From: Mobula hypostoma | Taxonomy: Eukaryota | Assembly: GCF_963921235.1 (NCBI RefSeq) | Contig: NC_086109.1 | Location: 23,438,001-23,502,000 of the forward strand | DNA: 64,000 nt | Direction of reading: 5' to 3' | Part shown: positions 38,060-51,032 of the stretch, in pieces | Layout: every line of letters begins with the position of its first letter | Numbering within the stretch: position 1 is the first letter of the stretch | Translations under genes and position numbers: made by a program | The notes under the pieces: generated by a model | Databases searched by the model: none | Told to the model about the DNA's origin: nothing | Seen by the model: the letters and a program-made list of their open reading frames with translations, nothing else

Positions 38060-39712
38060 TGAATGTCAAAAGGCCTAGATAGAGTGGATGTGGAGAGGAT
38101 GTTTCCTATAGCGGGGGAGTCTTGGACCAGTGGGCACCGCCCCAGAATAGAGGACGTTGGAGATGAGGAGGAATTTCTTTCGCTAGAGGGTGATGAATCT
38201 GTGGATTTTTTTTGCCACATGCAGCTGTGGAGCCCAGGTCATTGGGTGTATATAAGGTGGAGATTGATAGATTCTTGGTAAGTTAGGGTGTGAAAGGTTA
38301 CGGGGAGAAGGCGGGAAAATGGGGTTGAGAGGAAAACTGGATCAGCCATGATGAAATGGTGGAGCAGAAATGGTGGGCTGAATGGCCTAATTCTGCTATC
38401 TTTTATGGTCTTATATTCCTGTTCCTCATTCTCACCAGGTTAGATAGAGTATATTGTACCCCCTCCTTCAAGATGTACAGAATGGGTTGGGTTCAATCCA
38501 AATTATTATGTCCTTCCATCCTTCTTGTGGAAGGGAAATGTTATTCCTTTGTTCAAGACAGGTATTAGGGATAATCCTAGTTTTCCCACCAGTGAATCTT
38601 AGAGCAGTGGTGGGAAAACGATTGGAGAGGATTCTTAGAGTTAGGATTTATGAGAATTTGGAGAATCATTGACTGTTTAGGGATAGTCAGCATGGCTGGT
38701 CATGCCTCATAAGCCTGATTGACTACTTTGATTAAGTGACAAAGCTGATTGATGAAGGTAGAATGGCGGGCGTCCTGTACGTGGCTTTTAGTGGTGCGTT
38801 TTACAGGTTCCCATGGCAAGCTCCTTTATAAAGTCAGATTCAATTCGGAATCTATGTGGATTCAGAATTGGCATGGCTACAGAAGACAAAGGGTGGTGGT
38901 TGATGGAACATATTCTGCCTGGAGGTTGGTGACCGGTGGTTTTTGGCGGGGATCTGTTCTGTAAAGCCTGGTTCTTTGTGATTTTTATAAATAACTTGGA
39001 CGAGGAAATTGAAGAGTGGGTCAGTAATCAGATGACACAAATGTAGATAGTATAGAAGGTTGTTGAGGGTCACAGTGGAACATTGATAGAATGCAGAGCA
39101 ATGCTGAGAGTAGCAGTTGGAAATTAGTCTGTAGAAGTGTGAAGTGATTCACTTTGGAAGGTTGAATTTAAAGGCAAAACACAGGATTAATGGCAGGACA
39201 CTGTGGAGGAATAGAGGGATCTTGGAGTCCATGTCCATAGATCCCTCAAAGCTGCTACACAACATGATAAGGTGGGTGGTTAAGAAGGCATATAGTGTGT
39301 TGACTTTCAGGTGAATTGAGTTCAAGAGCCATCAAGGTAATGTTGCGCTCTATAAAGCTCTAGTTAGACCACACTTGGAATATTGTGTTCAGTTCTGGTC
39401 CCCATTGTTCCAGTGGCTTCTCTCTGTGGAGTGAAGGAGGATGAGAGGTGACTTGACAGAGGTATATAAGATGATAAGAGGCATAAATAGAGTGGACAGC
39501 CAGTGCCTTTTTCCCAGGGTGGCAATAGCTAATATGAGAGGGCAGACATTTAAGGTGATGGGAGGAAAGTTCCAGGGGGCAGGGGAATGTCAGAGGTAGG
39601 TTTTTTTTTACACGGAAAGTGGTGGGTGCATGAAATACCCTGCCAAGGGTGCTGGGACACTTAGATGAGAGAAAAATGGAGTAGGGGGTGGCGGGGTGTT
39701 AGATTCATCTTA
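38060..39712 (+). mobile_element. Two CR1 LINE fragments (38060-38415 and 38580-39712, tail at 40368-40440)
   Basis: KGLDRVDVERMFP..., LRAVVGKRLERILRVRIYENLE..., WIQNW..RRQRVVVDG.YSAWRLVT are CR1 ORF2 motifs. Confidence 0.85.
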
Positions 39713-40367
39713 TAGACAATAGACAATAGGTGCAGGAGTAGGCCATTCGGCCCTTCGAGCCAGCACCACCATTCACTGTGATCATGGCTGATCATCTACA
39801 ATCAGTATCCAGTTCCTGCCTTATCCCCATAACCTTTGATTCCGCTATCTTTAAGAGCTCTATCCATCTCTTTTTTGAAAGCATCCAGAGACTTGGCCTC
39901 CACAGCCTTCTGGGGCAGAGCATTCCATATATCCACCACTCTCTGGGTGAAAAAGTTTTTCCTCAACTCCGTTCTAAATGGCCTACCCCTAATTCTTAAA
40001 CTGTGGGCTCTGGTTCTGGACTCACCCATCAGCGGGAACATGCTTCCTGCCTCCAGCGAGTCCAATCCCTTAATAATCTTATATGTTTCAATAAGCTCCC
40101 CTCTCAGCCTTCTAAATTCCAGAGTATACAAGCCCAGTAGCTCCAATCTTTCGACATATGACAGTCCCGCCATCCCGGGTTAACCTTGTGAACCTACGCT
40201 GCACTCCCTCAATAGCAAGAATGTCCTTCCTCAAATTTGGAGACCAAAACTGTACACAGTACTCTAGGTGTGGTTTCACCAGGGCCCTGTACAGCTGCAG
40301 AAGGACCTCTTTGCTCTTATACTCAATTCCCCTTGTTATGAAGGCCAGCATGCCATTAGCTTTCTTG
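39713..40367 (-). mobile_element. Young CR1 LINE 3' fragment nested antisense in an older CR1
   Basis: [38 protein letters not shown]...GLSYVERL...RKNFFTQRVVDIWNALP; (TTGTCTA)n tail. Confidence 0.92.
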
Positions 40368-40885
40368 AAGTGGGTTAAAAGGTTGGCATAACATAGTGGG
40401 CCAAAGGGCCTGTACTGTACTGTACTGTTCTATTCTATGTTCCCAGCAAGGTGTTTCTCCCTTGTAAAGAGAAGGGTGGGAAATAGAGAGGTGAAAAGGG
40501 GGTCCGGTTGACTGATATCTAAGGGCACTGAAGAGAGGGATGGGAGTTTCCTTTTTATTGTTCCAGTGTGATATGTAAAGCACAATCACTGAATCCTTGT
40601 GACTGCGTTTTACATAGCACAGAAGCGGTATTTATTTATTTAGCGGTACAGCACGGGGTTGGCCCTTTGAGACATGCCACCCCCAGTGACCCCCCCCACT
40701 CCGATTAACCCTAACCTAATCACAGGACAATTTACAAAGACCAGTTAACTTATCCTATATGTCTTTGGACTGTGGGAGGAAACCAGAGGCACCTGGGGAA
40801 ATCCCACACATTTCACGGGGGGGGGGGGCGTGGGGTGACATACAGAGCCTGCTTACATAACAGTGGAAGGGACAATAGACCTTCA

Positions 40886-41505
40886 CACCAAAGGTGCTAC
40901 CTCTCCCTGACACCTCATACACCCTCCAACTTTGGCCCTCACCTGGCACTCAGCTCTCACCTGCGGCTCCAAGTAAGCTGTTTGCATGCAACAGTGGCCT
41001 CCACTCCGGCTAATGGCTTCGACAGGCCGGCCAGACTAGGTGAGGGTAGCCAGCAGGATTTTTTTGGACCCTTGATGACTTCAGGCCTGTCTACCCAAAA
41101 CATGTGGAACGTCGACAGTCCCTCTTCCTATAGATGCTGCCTGGCCTTCTGCATTCCACCAGCATTTTGTGTGTGAAACCGGATTCGGTGGTCTGCGCGG
41201 AGGAAACCACCAGCTGGTTCAAAGGGCAGGAAGACGTTTCCCAGCATGTGTTTTGGAGCACAAAGAGTACGGGAAGACATGTGGATTGCCCTAGGCCATC
41301 CACTGCATCCTGATCTCTCTCCAGTCGTCTTGACTCTCGTCTCGCCACTGGATCCTGATAGATCAGGACAAGAGAGTGAGGTTCGCGACCTGCGCAACTC
41401 TCCCTCACTTCAATCGAACTCACACGTGAGTCATGACATCCACACCCAAGGACATCAGTGTCCTCATTGCTCGCGATCGATGCGCGTGCAGACCCACGTA
41501 ACAGT
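40886..41505 (+). mobile_element. CpG-rich RTE-like non-autonomous retroposon with nested Penelope-like fragment (~41085-41176)
   Basis: CpG-rich, abrupt boundaries, RTE-SINE-like motifs (ggccatccactgcatcc...ccactggatcc). Family assignment is tentative. Confidence 0.4.
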
Positions 41506-41596
41506 GGCGGAACTGAACTCTGAACTGTGGAGCACCCCGATCTGTAATAATGTCACACTAACTGCTATGCTACTGCTCCCCCCCCATTTATAAATT

Positions 41597-41928
41597 TAGG
41601 GGAAACTCTGATTTCAAACCTCCGCTGCCTTGCGGCCATACCCCCTCATGGGAAAGGCTTCGGGAGTAAACCCTGAGGACAAATCTGGAGCTGGGGTCCC
41701 TAAGGCAGTCCGATGTTGCCTTCAACCTCGTTCTGGCAACGCCTGCGACGACACCGGTGCCAAGCTGTATCGGCCCTTGCCCTTCCCTTGGACAACATCG
41801 GTGTCATGGAGAGGGGAGACTTGCTGCATGGGCAACTGCCGGTCTTCCATACAACCTTGCCCAGGCCTGTGCCCTGGAAACCTTCCAGGCACAGATCCAT
41901 GGTCTCGCGAGACTAACGGATACCACCA
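41597..41928 (+). mobile_element. RTE-derived retroposon, 5'-truncated
   Basis: ggaaactctgatttcaaacctccgctgccttgcggccatacc...gggaaaggcttcgggagtaaaccc; related to 11302-11935. Confidence 0.6.
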
Positions 41929-44900
41929 AATACAGGTTGATTAAGCCTTGTTCTTTAAGTAATTCATTATGGGTTTTATATATATAAAAAAATGCATGAA
42001 TAGCATAGGTCCTCATGGTACCATGTGATACGCTCGTGCTTCGCTTAGAAGTAAACAAGAAGTTAGACTCATATTTCAGATTTCCATGTCTTCCTTTGAA
42101 TATGTTGTTTGAAGTTACAAAACATAACAGTAATAGGTCAGTGTTGACTGGGATGTGGAAGCCCGAGTTCCTGAAATGGTAGAAAGCCAGATTTAGCATC
42201 TTAATTTGTGATTTTAAAAAAACAGGGAACTTCGACGACTGCAGTAATGCTGGTTGGGGGGAGGGCCAGAGGGAAGCAGTGAAGGAAGTGTGCACTTGCA
42301 AGAACTAACTTTGCAATAACTGTCTTCCTATCAAAACTGAAGAGCCTGGCTTTGTCGCATAGCCCACACAAAGCTTCCGGATTTCATTCTGTTGCTGATA
42401 GCAGTGGGTAATTAAAAAAAGTCCAGGTTTAAGACCCCACCCTTTAGTCTAGGCTGATCCGCACCCTACAGATGGACTGCTGCACGTATGCAGTCTATTG
42501 GGTGACGTATTTAGCCAGGATCCCATTTGTTCTCTCAGGCCCCATAACATTATTCAAAGAAAAGAAAGGGATCCGCCCTGGGGATCCTCCAAACAGCAAA
42601 ACACATTAGGTAGTTATCGTACTGATGTTTATAGATTCTTGTTGTAGCAAGTTGATGCTGCATTTTTTAATTTCTAAAGTACAGCATTAACCACTAAAGT
42701 ATTTGAACATTATATGAAACATTATGGAAATGTGTGTTCTTTTGTTCCTTTCTGTTTTAAATGCATGCGCGCGCGCACACACTCACACTCACACTCTGAC
42801 TGCTTATGACCATTCTGGACCAGCTTTTTAATGCAGGCCCTTGTGTAGCGTTTTAGATAATTGGGTCTGGAGCTGGCTTTTTCCTTCTGGTTGTGGCCAG
42901 CGATCAGGAGGAGTGGTCAGGGTCACTGTTGTGGACTTTGCCATAATCATCTGCTGGGGACAGACCCAGCAAGTGAGAGTTGACTGGCGCGAACTAGTAC
43001 TAGTAAATTTTGCACTAGAATCTTATTGGTATTGGTTTGTTCCTGCCACATGTACCAAGACACAGTGTAAAGCTTGTCTTGCATACAGACCAAACCTTTA
43101 CACAGCTGGAATAAGATAGAACAACAACATTGCAGAATAAAGTGTAAAAACTCCCCAAAAAAAGTGCAGTTCAGGTAATTTATGAAGTGCAAGATCATAG
43201 CGAGGTAGATTGTAGGGCCAAGAGTCCATCTTGTCATACAAGGGGTCTGTTTAAGAGACTGTTAACAGCGGGGTAGAAGCTGTCCTTGAGCCTGGTGGCA
43301 TGTGCTTTGAAGCTTTTGTATGTTAAGGAGGGTATATTGACCAGCACTGTAATAGCAAATCGGAAGGAAAAACATGCCCGATGATTAAATGGTGAACCAA
43401 ACTTTAGAAATATCCACTTACTGGTAAGTAGTAAAAGTCCTTTAAATATTCCAAGCAGCCTCCGAGAGTGCTTACTGAGATCCAGCTTTACACCGTATTT
43501 AACCTGCAGGTGGGTACCAGTGGAGGAGGAGTAGCTGGAAAAGGGCGGAGGGAGTTCCGAGCTGTGTTTGCACAGGGAATACTTAATTTTGCACTGTTGA
43601 GGAAGGTTTGCTCTGCCTAATTTTGTCTATATCTTGGGCAGGCATGACATGTCCTTATGTGTGGAATGCGTGCATGTGCATGTGATTAAGTTTACTGTAG
43701 TAATTCAGCAATAGGCCAATATTACTGTTTAGGTGAAATAGTCTGAGGCAAGGATATTCCCCTTGGAGGTTAGACAGATATTCAGAAGACTGAGCAATGA
43801 CTTCACTAAAAGGTACACAATTCTTAAGAGCTTTCACAAGATAGAAGTGCAGTTGGTGTTTTGCCTTGTATCAAAAGCAAGAAGCCATAGGCTTAACGTG
43901 AGAGATGGCAGGTTTAAAGGGGAACTGAATACCAAGGCTTTGGGCCTATTCCAGGGATTTGGATCTAAGGACTCAATTTAGTTTGAAATGCTGTTGTAGT
44001 TGCTCATTTCTATTGTTTGCATGATTAGTTTTTTTTTCTCTTTCTCTTTGTGCAGGGAGGGTTGGGGTTGGTCTTTTTTTTACTGGGTTCTTTTGGGGTT
44101 CTTGCTCTGCCACTGCCTGTAAGCAAACAAACCTCAAGGTTGTATAATTTATACTTTTTTTGATAATAAATGTATTTTGAATCTTTGAACTGAGGAGAAA
44201 GATTTTCCCACACAGAGTGGTGATAATCGGAGTGCACTGGCAGAAGAAGTATTGGAATTTGTACACTTAAGGGACATTTAGACTGGCATGTGAAAAGGCA
44301 AACTAGGGGAGGATTCAGAACTAATGTGTCCAAATTGTGTTTGTTTTTGTGGGCAATAAGGTTGGTGTAGACGTAGTTGGTGGAAAGGCCCAGTTCTCTG
44401 CTATTTGAATTTAGCTTTATACAACTATGTCTAGAACCAGGACCATACTCTCAAAATAAGGAGTTGGCCATTCAGGACAATATTGAGCAAAATATTTCAC
44501 CAAGAATGTAGTAAATCTCTCAACTCTAGAGGACTGTAAAGGATTAGTTGCTGAATATATCCAAGGTGGAGAATAATAGATGTTTACATATTAAGGGAAT
44601 ATATAACATACTAAGTACTTAATCTAAGGGCTTGTGAGAGACGCTGGAGTAAAAAGGTAGAACGTAGAACAGTACAGCACAAGAACAGGCTCTTTTAGCC
44701 TACAATGTTGTGCTGAACTAGCTAAAAAATAAAAGTGAATGGCAGAGCAGTCATGGGGGGCTAATCCTACTCTTGCTGCCATTTGCTTAAATGAAGATAA
44801 AACAAAAAATGCTGGAAATGCGAGATACGAACAGAAAACGTTGGGTCAGGCAGCATCTGTGGGATGAGAAAAATGCTGATAATTGAGATTGAAGCTGAAC

Positions 44901-46244
44901 CATTGCGACAGATTTGGCAATGGGCTATAGTGTGTTGTCTTGATGCAATCTTAGAAAGGAAGAAAGTCTTTACATTTATCATAAATCTCAGTGAAATTTT
45001 AGGGCACTTTGCACTGATTCACTGAAGAAGTACTAATTCAGAACACCTGGTACACACTGGCCGTAAGAAACATTTGTATATCCCACAACTCGTGCAGGCT
45101 AGCAAGAGAGGCAAATACTTCAGCAAAATAGAGAAGAGAAAGTGGAAAATGTCACGGAATTGGGAGAGGAGAGCCGTCACGCTTGTCTTGTGATGGACAC
45201 ACATTTGGTCATGTTTCTATTTACAAGTCATTCAATGCTATTATATTTCTGAATGACAGCCACACAGCTAGCTGTGAGATGGTGACCCTTTCAGTTCAAT
45301 CACAAATGCCAGCTTGAAAGTTGTGCTTTGAGGATTGCGAAAATTAGGGGAACACATGATTCAAAAAAGCAGAAGGGGAGGTAACTTAACCCTCACTCAT
45401 TTTTTGCAGGACGAAATGTTAAACCTTTTAAATGTTGAACCTTTTGAAATAAAAAAAAGTTCAGAACTCAGCCCCTTTATGTCATGTATAAATATATATT
45501 AAAGCAATATTATGAAGAATCCCACCCACCTTGCTCATGGACCGTTTTATTCCCACTTCCATCAGGGAAGAGGCTACGGGACATCCATGCCTGGAGCACC
45601 AAACTCGAAAACAGATACTTCCCCCAAGCTGTCAGGCAGATCAACACCTCCAATGGTTGAATGTTCCATTTAATATCAGAGAATGTATACAATATACAAC
45701 CTGGAATTCTTACTCTCTGCAGACACCCTCAAAATAAGAAAAACCCCAAAGAAAGAATTACAGAGAAAAAAACTATAAGAACCCCAGCCCCCCTGTCCCC
45801 AGTCCCATGCACAAGCAGCACCAAACGTCCCCCCACTTACTCAAGCATAAAGCATCAGCATTCCCAGCACCACCATACAAGCAACAGCAAAGCCCCCAAA
45901 GAGAGACCATGGTCTATAGTACCTAAAAACTAGCTGTTCATTCCAACAATACAACAACCCTTAGGCTCACTCTTACTAACAAGGGAGAGACAGATATCAC
46001 TCCTTCCACCATGAGATGGGAGACAAACAGTTGCTGTTTTGATGTTACAGTCACAGTCTGAAGCGTTTCTTTTTATTTTGAGTTCCTGGCTCGAAAATCG
46101 GCTGCAAACTCTAACTTAGCATGTAGAAAGAGAGAGCGAGAGCAATCACCCGAGTTCAGAGGCCTCTGACAGCTGCTCTTACAGTCCCGATGAAATGGCT
46201 CGCCGCGACACTTCAGTTCGCGGCAATAATGAAAACTGGTGTCC

Positions 46245-46478
46245 GGGCTGGCTGGTGGCGCAACGACATCGGCGCTGGACCCGGGAGCGGAGGTTCCCGG
46301 GTTCAAAACTAGTTGGGTCCGCTCCCAAGTGTGCTTTCCATTTTTGCCGGGTTGAGTGTCGAGATTGCAACTTGACCTCGTAAAATAAAGGGAAAATACT
46401 GCGAAAATGTCTGTGTGAGGAATGGCCACACAGTCTCTCTCTCTCAATCTGTGCCTTGTATAAGCCATGAAAAAGACA
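46245..46478 (+). mobile_element. tRNA-derived SINE
   Basis: ggctggctggtggcgcaacg (A-box-like), cccgggttcaaaac (B-box-like); body related to 25734-25940. Confidence 0.7.
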
Positions 46479-47411
46479 GCAGACAATAGGTGCAGGAGTA
46501 GGCCATTCAGCCCTTCGAGCTAGCACCACCATTCACTGTGATCATGGCTGATCATCCACAATCAGTACCCTTTTCCTGCCTTCTCCTCATATCTCTTCAC
46601 TCCGCTATCTTTAAGAGCTCTATCTAACTCTTTTTTTGAACGAATCCAGAGAATTGGCTCTCCACTCTGTAGCAGAGCAGTCCACATAACCACAACCCCC
46701 TCTGTGTGAAAAAGTTTTTCCTCAATTCCGTTCTAAATTATCTACCCCTTATTCTTAAACTGTGGCCTCTGGTTCTGGACTCCCCCAACATCGGGAACAT
46801 GTTTCCTGCCTCTAGCGTGTCCAATCCCTTAATAATCTTATATGTTTCAATCAGATTCCCTCTCATCCTTCTAAATTCCAGTGTAAACAACCCCAGTCGC
46901 TCCAATCTTTCAACATATGACAGTCCCGCCATCCCAGGAATTAACCTCGTGAACCTACGCTGCACTCTCTCAATAGCTAGAATGTCCTTCCTTAAATTTG
47001 GAGACCAAAACTGTACACAATATTCCAGGTGTGGTTTCACCAGGGCCCTGTACAACTGCAGAAGGACCTCTTTGCTCCTATACTCAATTCCCCTTGTTAT
47101 GAAGGCCAGCATGCCATTAGCTTTCTTCACTGCCTGCTGTAACTGCCTGCTTACTTTCAGTGACTAATGAACAAGGACACCTAGATCTTGTTGTACTTCC
47201 CCTTTTCCTAACTTGACACCATTCAGATAGTAATCTGCCTTCCTGTTCTTGCCACCAAAGTGGATAACCTCACATTTATCCACATTAAACTGCATCTGCC
47301 ATGCATCTGTCCACTCACCCAGCCTGTCCAAGTCACCCTGCATTCTCATAACATCCTCCTCACATTTCACACTGCCACCCAGCTTTGTGTCATCGGCAAA
47401 TTTGCTAATGT
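46479..47411 (-). mobile_element. Young CR1 LINE 3' fragment, same subfamily as 39713-40367
   Basis: MQGDLDRLGEWTDAWQMQFNVDKCEVIHFG...[43 protein letters not shown]... Confidence 0.92.
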
Positions 47412-48402
47412 TACTGAGACATTATCACGGATGCATGCACAGACATGTAGACACACACGCACAGATTTGCACGCATGCAGGCGCACATACAGATTCGCAT
47501 GCATGCAGGCACACGCCAAAAAAAAAAGAAAACTCGTGTCCACAGGGCCGCATCCCAAAGCCGGTCGCACCTGCAAATAATCAAACAACCTGGACATAGC
47601 TTGAAGAATGGGAAGACGCCAGCATGCAGAACCATAGTTTGAGTGTCGCTGTAGATCACAGGCTCTGACAGGACCCCAGCCACCTTGAAAAGGAAAGTAG
47701 AGACATTAGAGGAGGAAGAATTTAACTGCTTCGCTGATGGGCTGGGAGAAGGTCTCTGGTGCTTCTACCCATTAACCCACCCCACCTCACGCCCACCACC
47801 ATTACTATATCATTTCCTATCAAAGTGATCTTATGTACAGACAATCAGTCTATGTATATAAGCTAATCTTATATACTTATATTTATAGTGTTTTATTATG
47901 TTTGTTATACTTATCGTGTTTTTTTTAATGCTGCATTGAAACCAGAGTAACAAACATGCTGTTCTCCATACACTTGCATACTGTCGAATGGCAATAAACG
48001 GTCTTGAATCTTGAATCTTTTTGACACCCTGCATTTCCAGTTTTAATTGTAGTGGGTGGGTGGTTTGGGGACAGGCACATTCTTAGGTGGCAGGTCACTC
48101 CTTTAAACATTTCATTGAGGCTGTGTACTCAGATATTATCTCTGTTCCACCTCTAATTCTGGCTATTTGGATACTTGGGCCTCGGGAAATCTGGCTGATG
48201 GAGAGGCAAATGCAGCTACAAGTGCTGATTCAGAGCTGGGAGAATGAAGTGTGCTGCTGTGTGGTACTCTTAAAGATAACTTGTCCCACACTGCATGCAA
48301 TCAGACCCATCAGCCAGAGCGATGTGTACTTTACACCCTGATTATCGTCATCTCTTGAGATCAAAAAAACTACCCTGCAAGATGCAACTCCTCCCCCATG
48401 CA

Positions 48403-48720
48403 TGGCAAGATGGTGCAGCGGTTAGCATAATCCTTAACAGTGCCAACAACCCGGGTTCAAATCCACTGCTTTCTGTAAGGAGTTTGTATGTTCACTCTGT
48501 GGCTGTGTGCATTTCCTCCACGTGCACTAGTTTCTTCCCATATTCCAGAGACACAGGGGTTAGTAAGTTGTGGGATACTACGTTGGCGCTGGAAACCGTG
48601 GCAACTCTTGCGGGCTGCCCCCAGCACATCCTCAGACTGTGCTGATCGTTGATGCAAACTACGTGTTTCACTGTATGCTTCAATATTTCGATGCATATGT
48701 GACAAATAAAGCTAATCCTT
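48403..48720 (+). mobile_element. V-SINE/HE1-like tRNA-derived SINE
   Basis: ggtgcagcggttagca A-box, cccgggttcaaatcc B-box, V-domain-like ggagtttgtatgttc..ctgtg.ctgtgtg..tttcctcc; 3' gtgacaaataaagctaatc. Confidence 0.8.
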
Positions 48721-49425
48721 TAATGCCAAGAACCCATCCCCACGGCTTCAGGTAATTTGACTGGGTACCTGCCTCTCCCTTTCGCTCCAGTACTCACAAC
48801 TGGGATCCCACCCTTGCAGCTGTTGCAATGGTTATGATCTTCCCCACCCCACCTCCACGTCTAGTTGACATTATAGGACCCACCCCTTTTTATTCCTCTA
48901 CCCTGCTTTCCTCCCCTCCCACAGCATCCACTCGTTCAGCCAAGTAGCATTTGATGACTAGATTAATAAAGTGGGGAAACTAATCTGTTTCCGGGTCCAG
49001 TGTACCAGAAGGATATAATCTTCCAGCTTGAAGGAGATGTCTAGGATGTGAAATTTTTAAATTACACCTATGCATCTTGATGAGAAAGGTCGGAAGCATG
49101 TTAAGTTTGCAAAGTGAATCTATTCTAACTCCACCACGTTGTTGAGGTGAGAGCTAGTTTCAGTGCATCCTGATGAAAGGTCTGAGCCCAAAATGTTGAC
49201 TGTTTATCTCCTCCATAGATGCTGCCTAACTTGCTGAGTTCCTCTAGCATTTTGTGTGCATTTCCATCATCTGCGGTGTCTCTTTGGTTCTGAATTTAAC
49301 ATAGTTGGTCATGTGTGCCTCATGTTATTAAAGTTGCATTATTTGCAAACTGTCTATCTAGGAAAGCTCTGCATTCAGCAGGATTCAAGCATGCTAACAA
49401 AAATATTGTCCTCTATTGCCCATAG

Positions 49426-49677
49426 GTTGAGACTCACTTGGAGAACCCCACCAAGTACCACATCCAGCAATCGCAAAGGCAACAATTGAAGCAGTTCCTC
49501 TCCTCCAACTATGGCAACAAGATGGCTGTGCAGTCCCTGGGGCACTCGCACTCTCCTCAACCTTCAACCATCTCGCCTGGCTTGAGGAATGATCATGGGT
49601 TGTCTGGCTCCACTGGAAACAGTGCCCCTAACAGCCCCATGGCTATGCTGAACATTGGCTGCAGTTCAGAACAAGAG
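49426..49677 (+). CDS. TFEB: TFEB coding exon 2, 84 codons, with S122/S138/S142-equivalent phosphosites
   Basis: Branch-like gctaac (49393), acceptor cccatag|, translation VETHLENPTKYHIQQSQRQQLKQFLSSNYGNK...TISPGLRNDHGLSGSTGNSAPNSPMAMLNIGCSSEQE, donor GAG|gtacgg. Phase 0/0. YGNK, SPG.R and GNSAPNSPMAML.IG match TFEB. Confidence 0.95.
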
Positions 49678-49963
49678 GTACGGATTATGTGATATCAAGC
49701 AGGTTTTCCAAGTAAGAAAATCTAAAATGATGAAACCTCCCCCATTCCATATTATGGAATCCTTACGCAACCACGTACTCTCTAACCTGTCCACCAACTT
49801 AATCAGCTTTTACAGCTCAATTGTATATTTCCCAATTATGTACTCTACCCTACCTTAGTTTCATTTTGACAGGGTTTTACTGTCAAACTGTTATCCAGTG
49901 TTATATATGCAGAAATGGTATACTACAGGTACATTTACCATATTGTTTATTCTCTTTATCTAG

Positions 49964-50059
49964 ATGAGTGAAGTAATTGATGATATAATTAGCCTGGAAT
50001 CCAGCTACAATGATGATGTTCTTGGCTACAGGGACCCCACTGTTCAGATGCCAAATACA
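49964..50059 (+). CDS. TFEB: TFEB coding exon 3 (acidic activation domain), 32 codons
   Basis: Acceptor tctctttatctag|, [32 protein letters not shown], donor ACA|gtgagt. 96 nt, phase 0/0. DDVLGY..P..QMPNT is TFEB-type. Too short to appear in the ORF track. Confidence 0.95.
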
Positions 50060-50397
50060 GTGAGTCTCCAAAATGTTAATCACTCCTTTGCAGGACTGGG
50101 AGAGATGCACTCGAGAATAAAATCTTAAAAAAATCAGATCTTTTATAAATGATTAATACCCAGCCTCTGCACTGATGCTGAAATAACTGCAAAGTGTATT
50201 TTTTTCGAAGGCTTGGGAACTGGTTACATCATTGAGTTAAATTGCGTGAATGAATGCAGTTGATGGATTCCTCTCAGCCAGTCCTCCAATCAATTTTCAG
50301 TAAAGTTGATCATGGACTAAGTTTGATGTTAGTTGACCAATTGAAATTAAAGTTGTGCCTGAAGATTAATCTGCTCCAATGGCATTTTGCTATATAT

Positions 50398-50858
50398 GCA
50401 GTACTGCATGAAAGTCTTAGGCATATGTACAGATATAGTTAGGGAGCCTAAGACTTTTGTAATTTATGTATTGCTCTGTACTCCTGCCACAAAATAAACT
50501 AATTTCATGACAGATATGAGTGATGATGCACCTGATTCTAATATGCATCTCTATTGTGGACTGAGAGTGGGAAGGGAGCAGGGAGAGAGGAATCATGGTT
50601 GGGGACAGGGTTAGGGAGCAGCAAGCATTAGTGAGAGATTCAGCAGTGATCAATAAACCAATTGTTTGGAATCAAGTGACCTTGCCTGGTGTCTCAGGGC
50701 TGGGTGTGTCTGCATCTGCGCCAACTTCCACCCCTAGTATCCTCCTCTGTCACCTCTCCCGTGGCACTGTACCCTCACCATTGCCAACATCCTTTGCTCC
50801 CGCCAGATTTACAGACTCACTCCCTGCTCCACATTGACAAGTACGGTACTGTGAAAAT
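50398..50858 (+). mobile_element. Composite non-autonomous element with Tc1/mariner-like terminal hairpins, copy 1
   Basis: aaagtcttaggc...gcctaagactttt hairpin; body is the reverse complement of 63145-63683. Confidence 0.75.
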
Positions 50859-51032
50859 GAACACAATAAGACTTGAAATATTAGGTAGACTCTGTTGATA
50901 TCAAGCAGAAACTGATTTTTTTTTAACCTGTGAGGATTTTTGGTATGTTTCCCATCCATTTAGTTGCAATTGATGCCACTTTATGAGAAAGAGATCAAGT
51001 GACTTTTAAGAGACAGACACATTGAGAGTAAA

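Noticed and set aside
40995..41032. GCC-TCCACTCC-GGC HDV-like P3/L3 look-alike
   Set aside because: Lacks G25, only 4 nt before GG, and competes with a ccggc/gccgg hairpin.
41543..42129. Solo LTR (TG...CA ends)
   Set aside because: No matching 4-6 bp TSD and no adjacent PBS or PPT.
49873..49928. Possible MITF-exon-3-like cassette (ttttgacag|GGTTTT..., starts GF) in the 286-nt intron
   Set aside because: 56 nt breaks the frame; the remaining intron would be only 35-46 nt; no further similarity.
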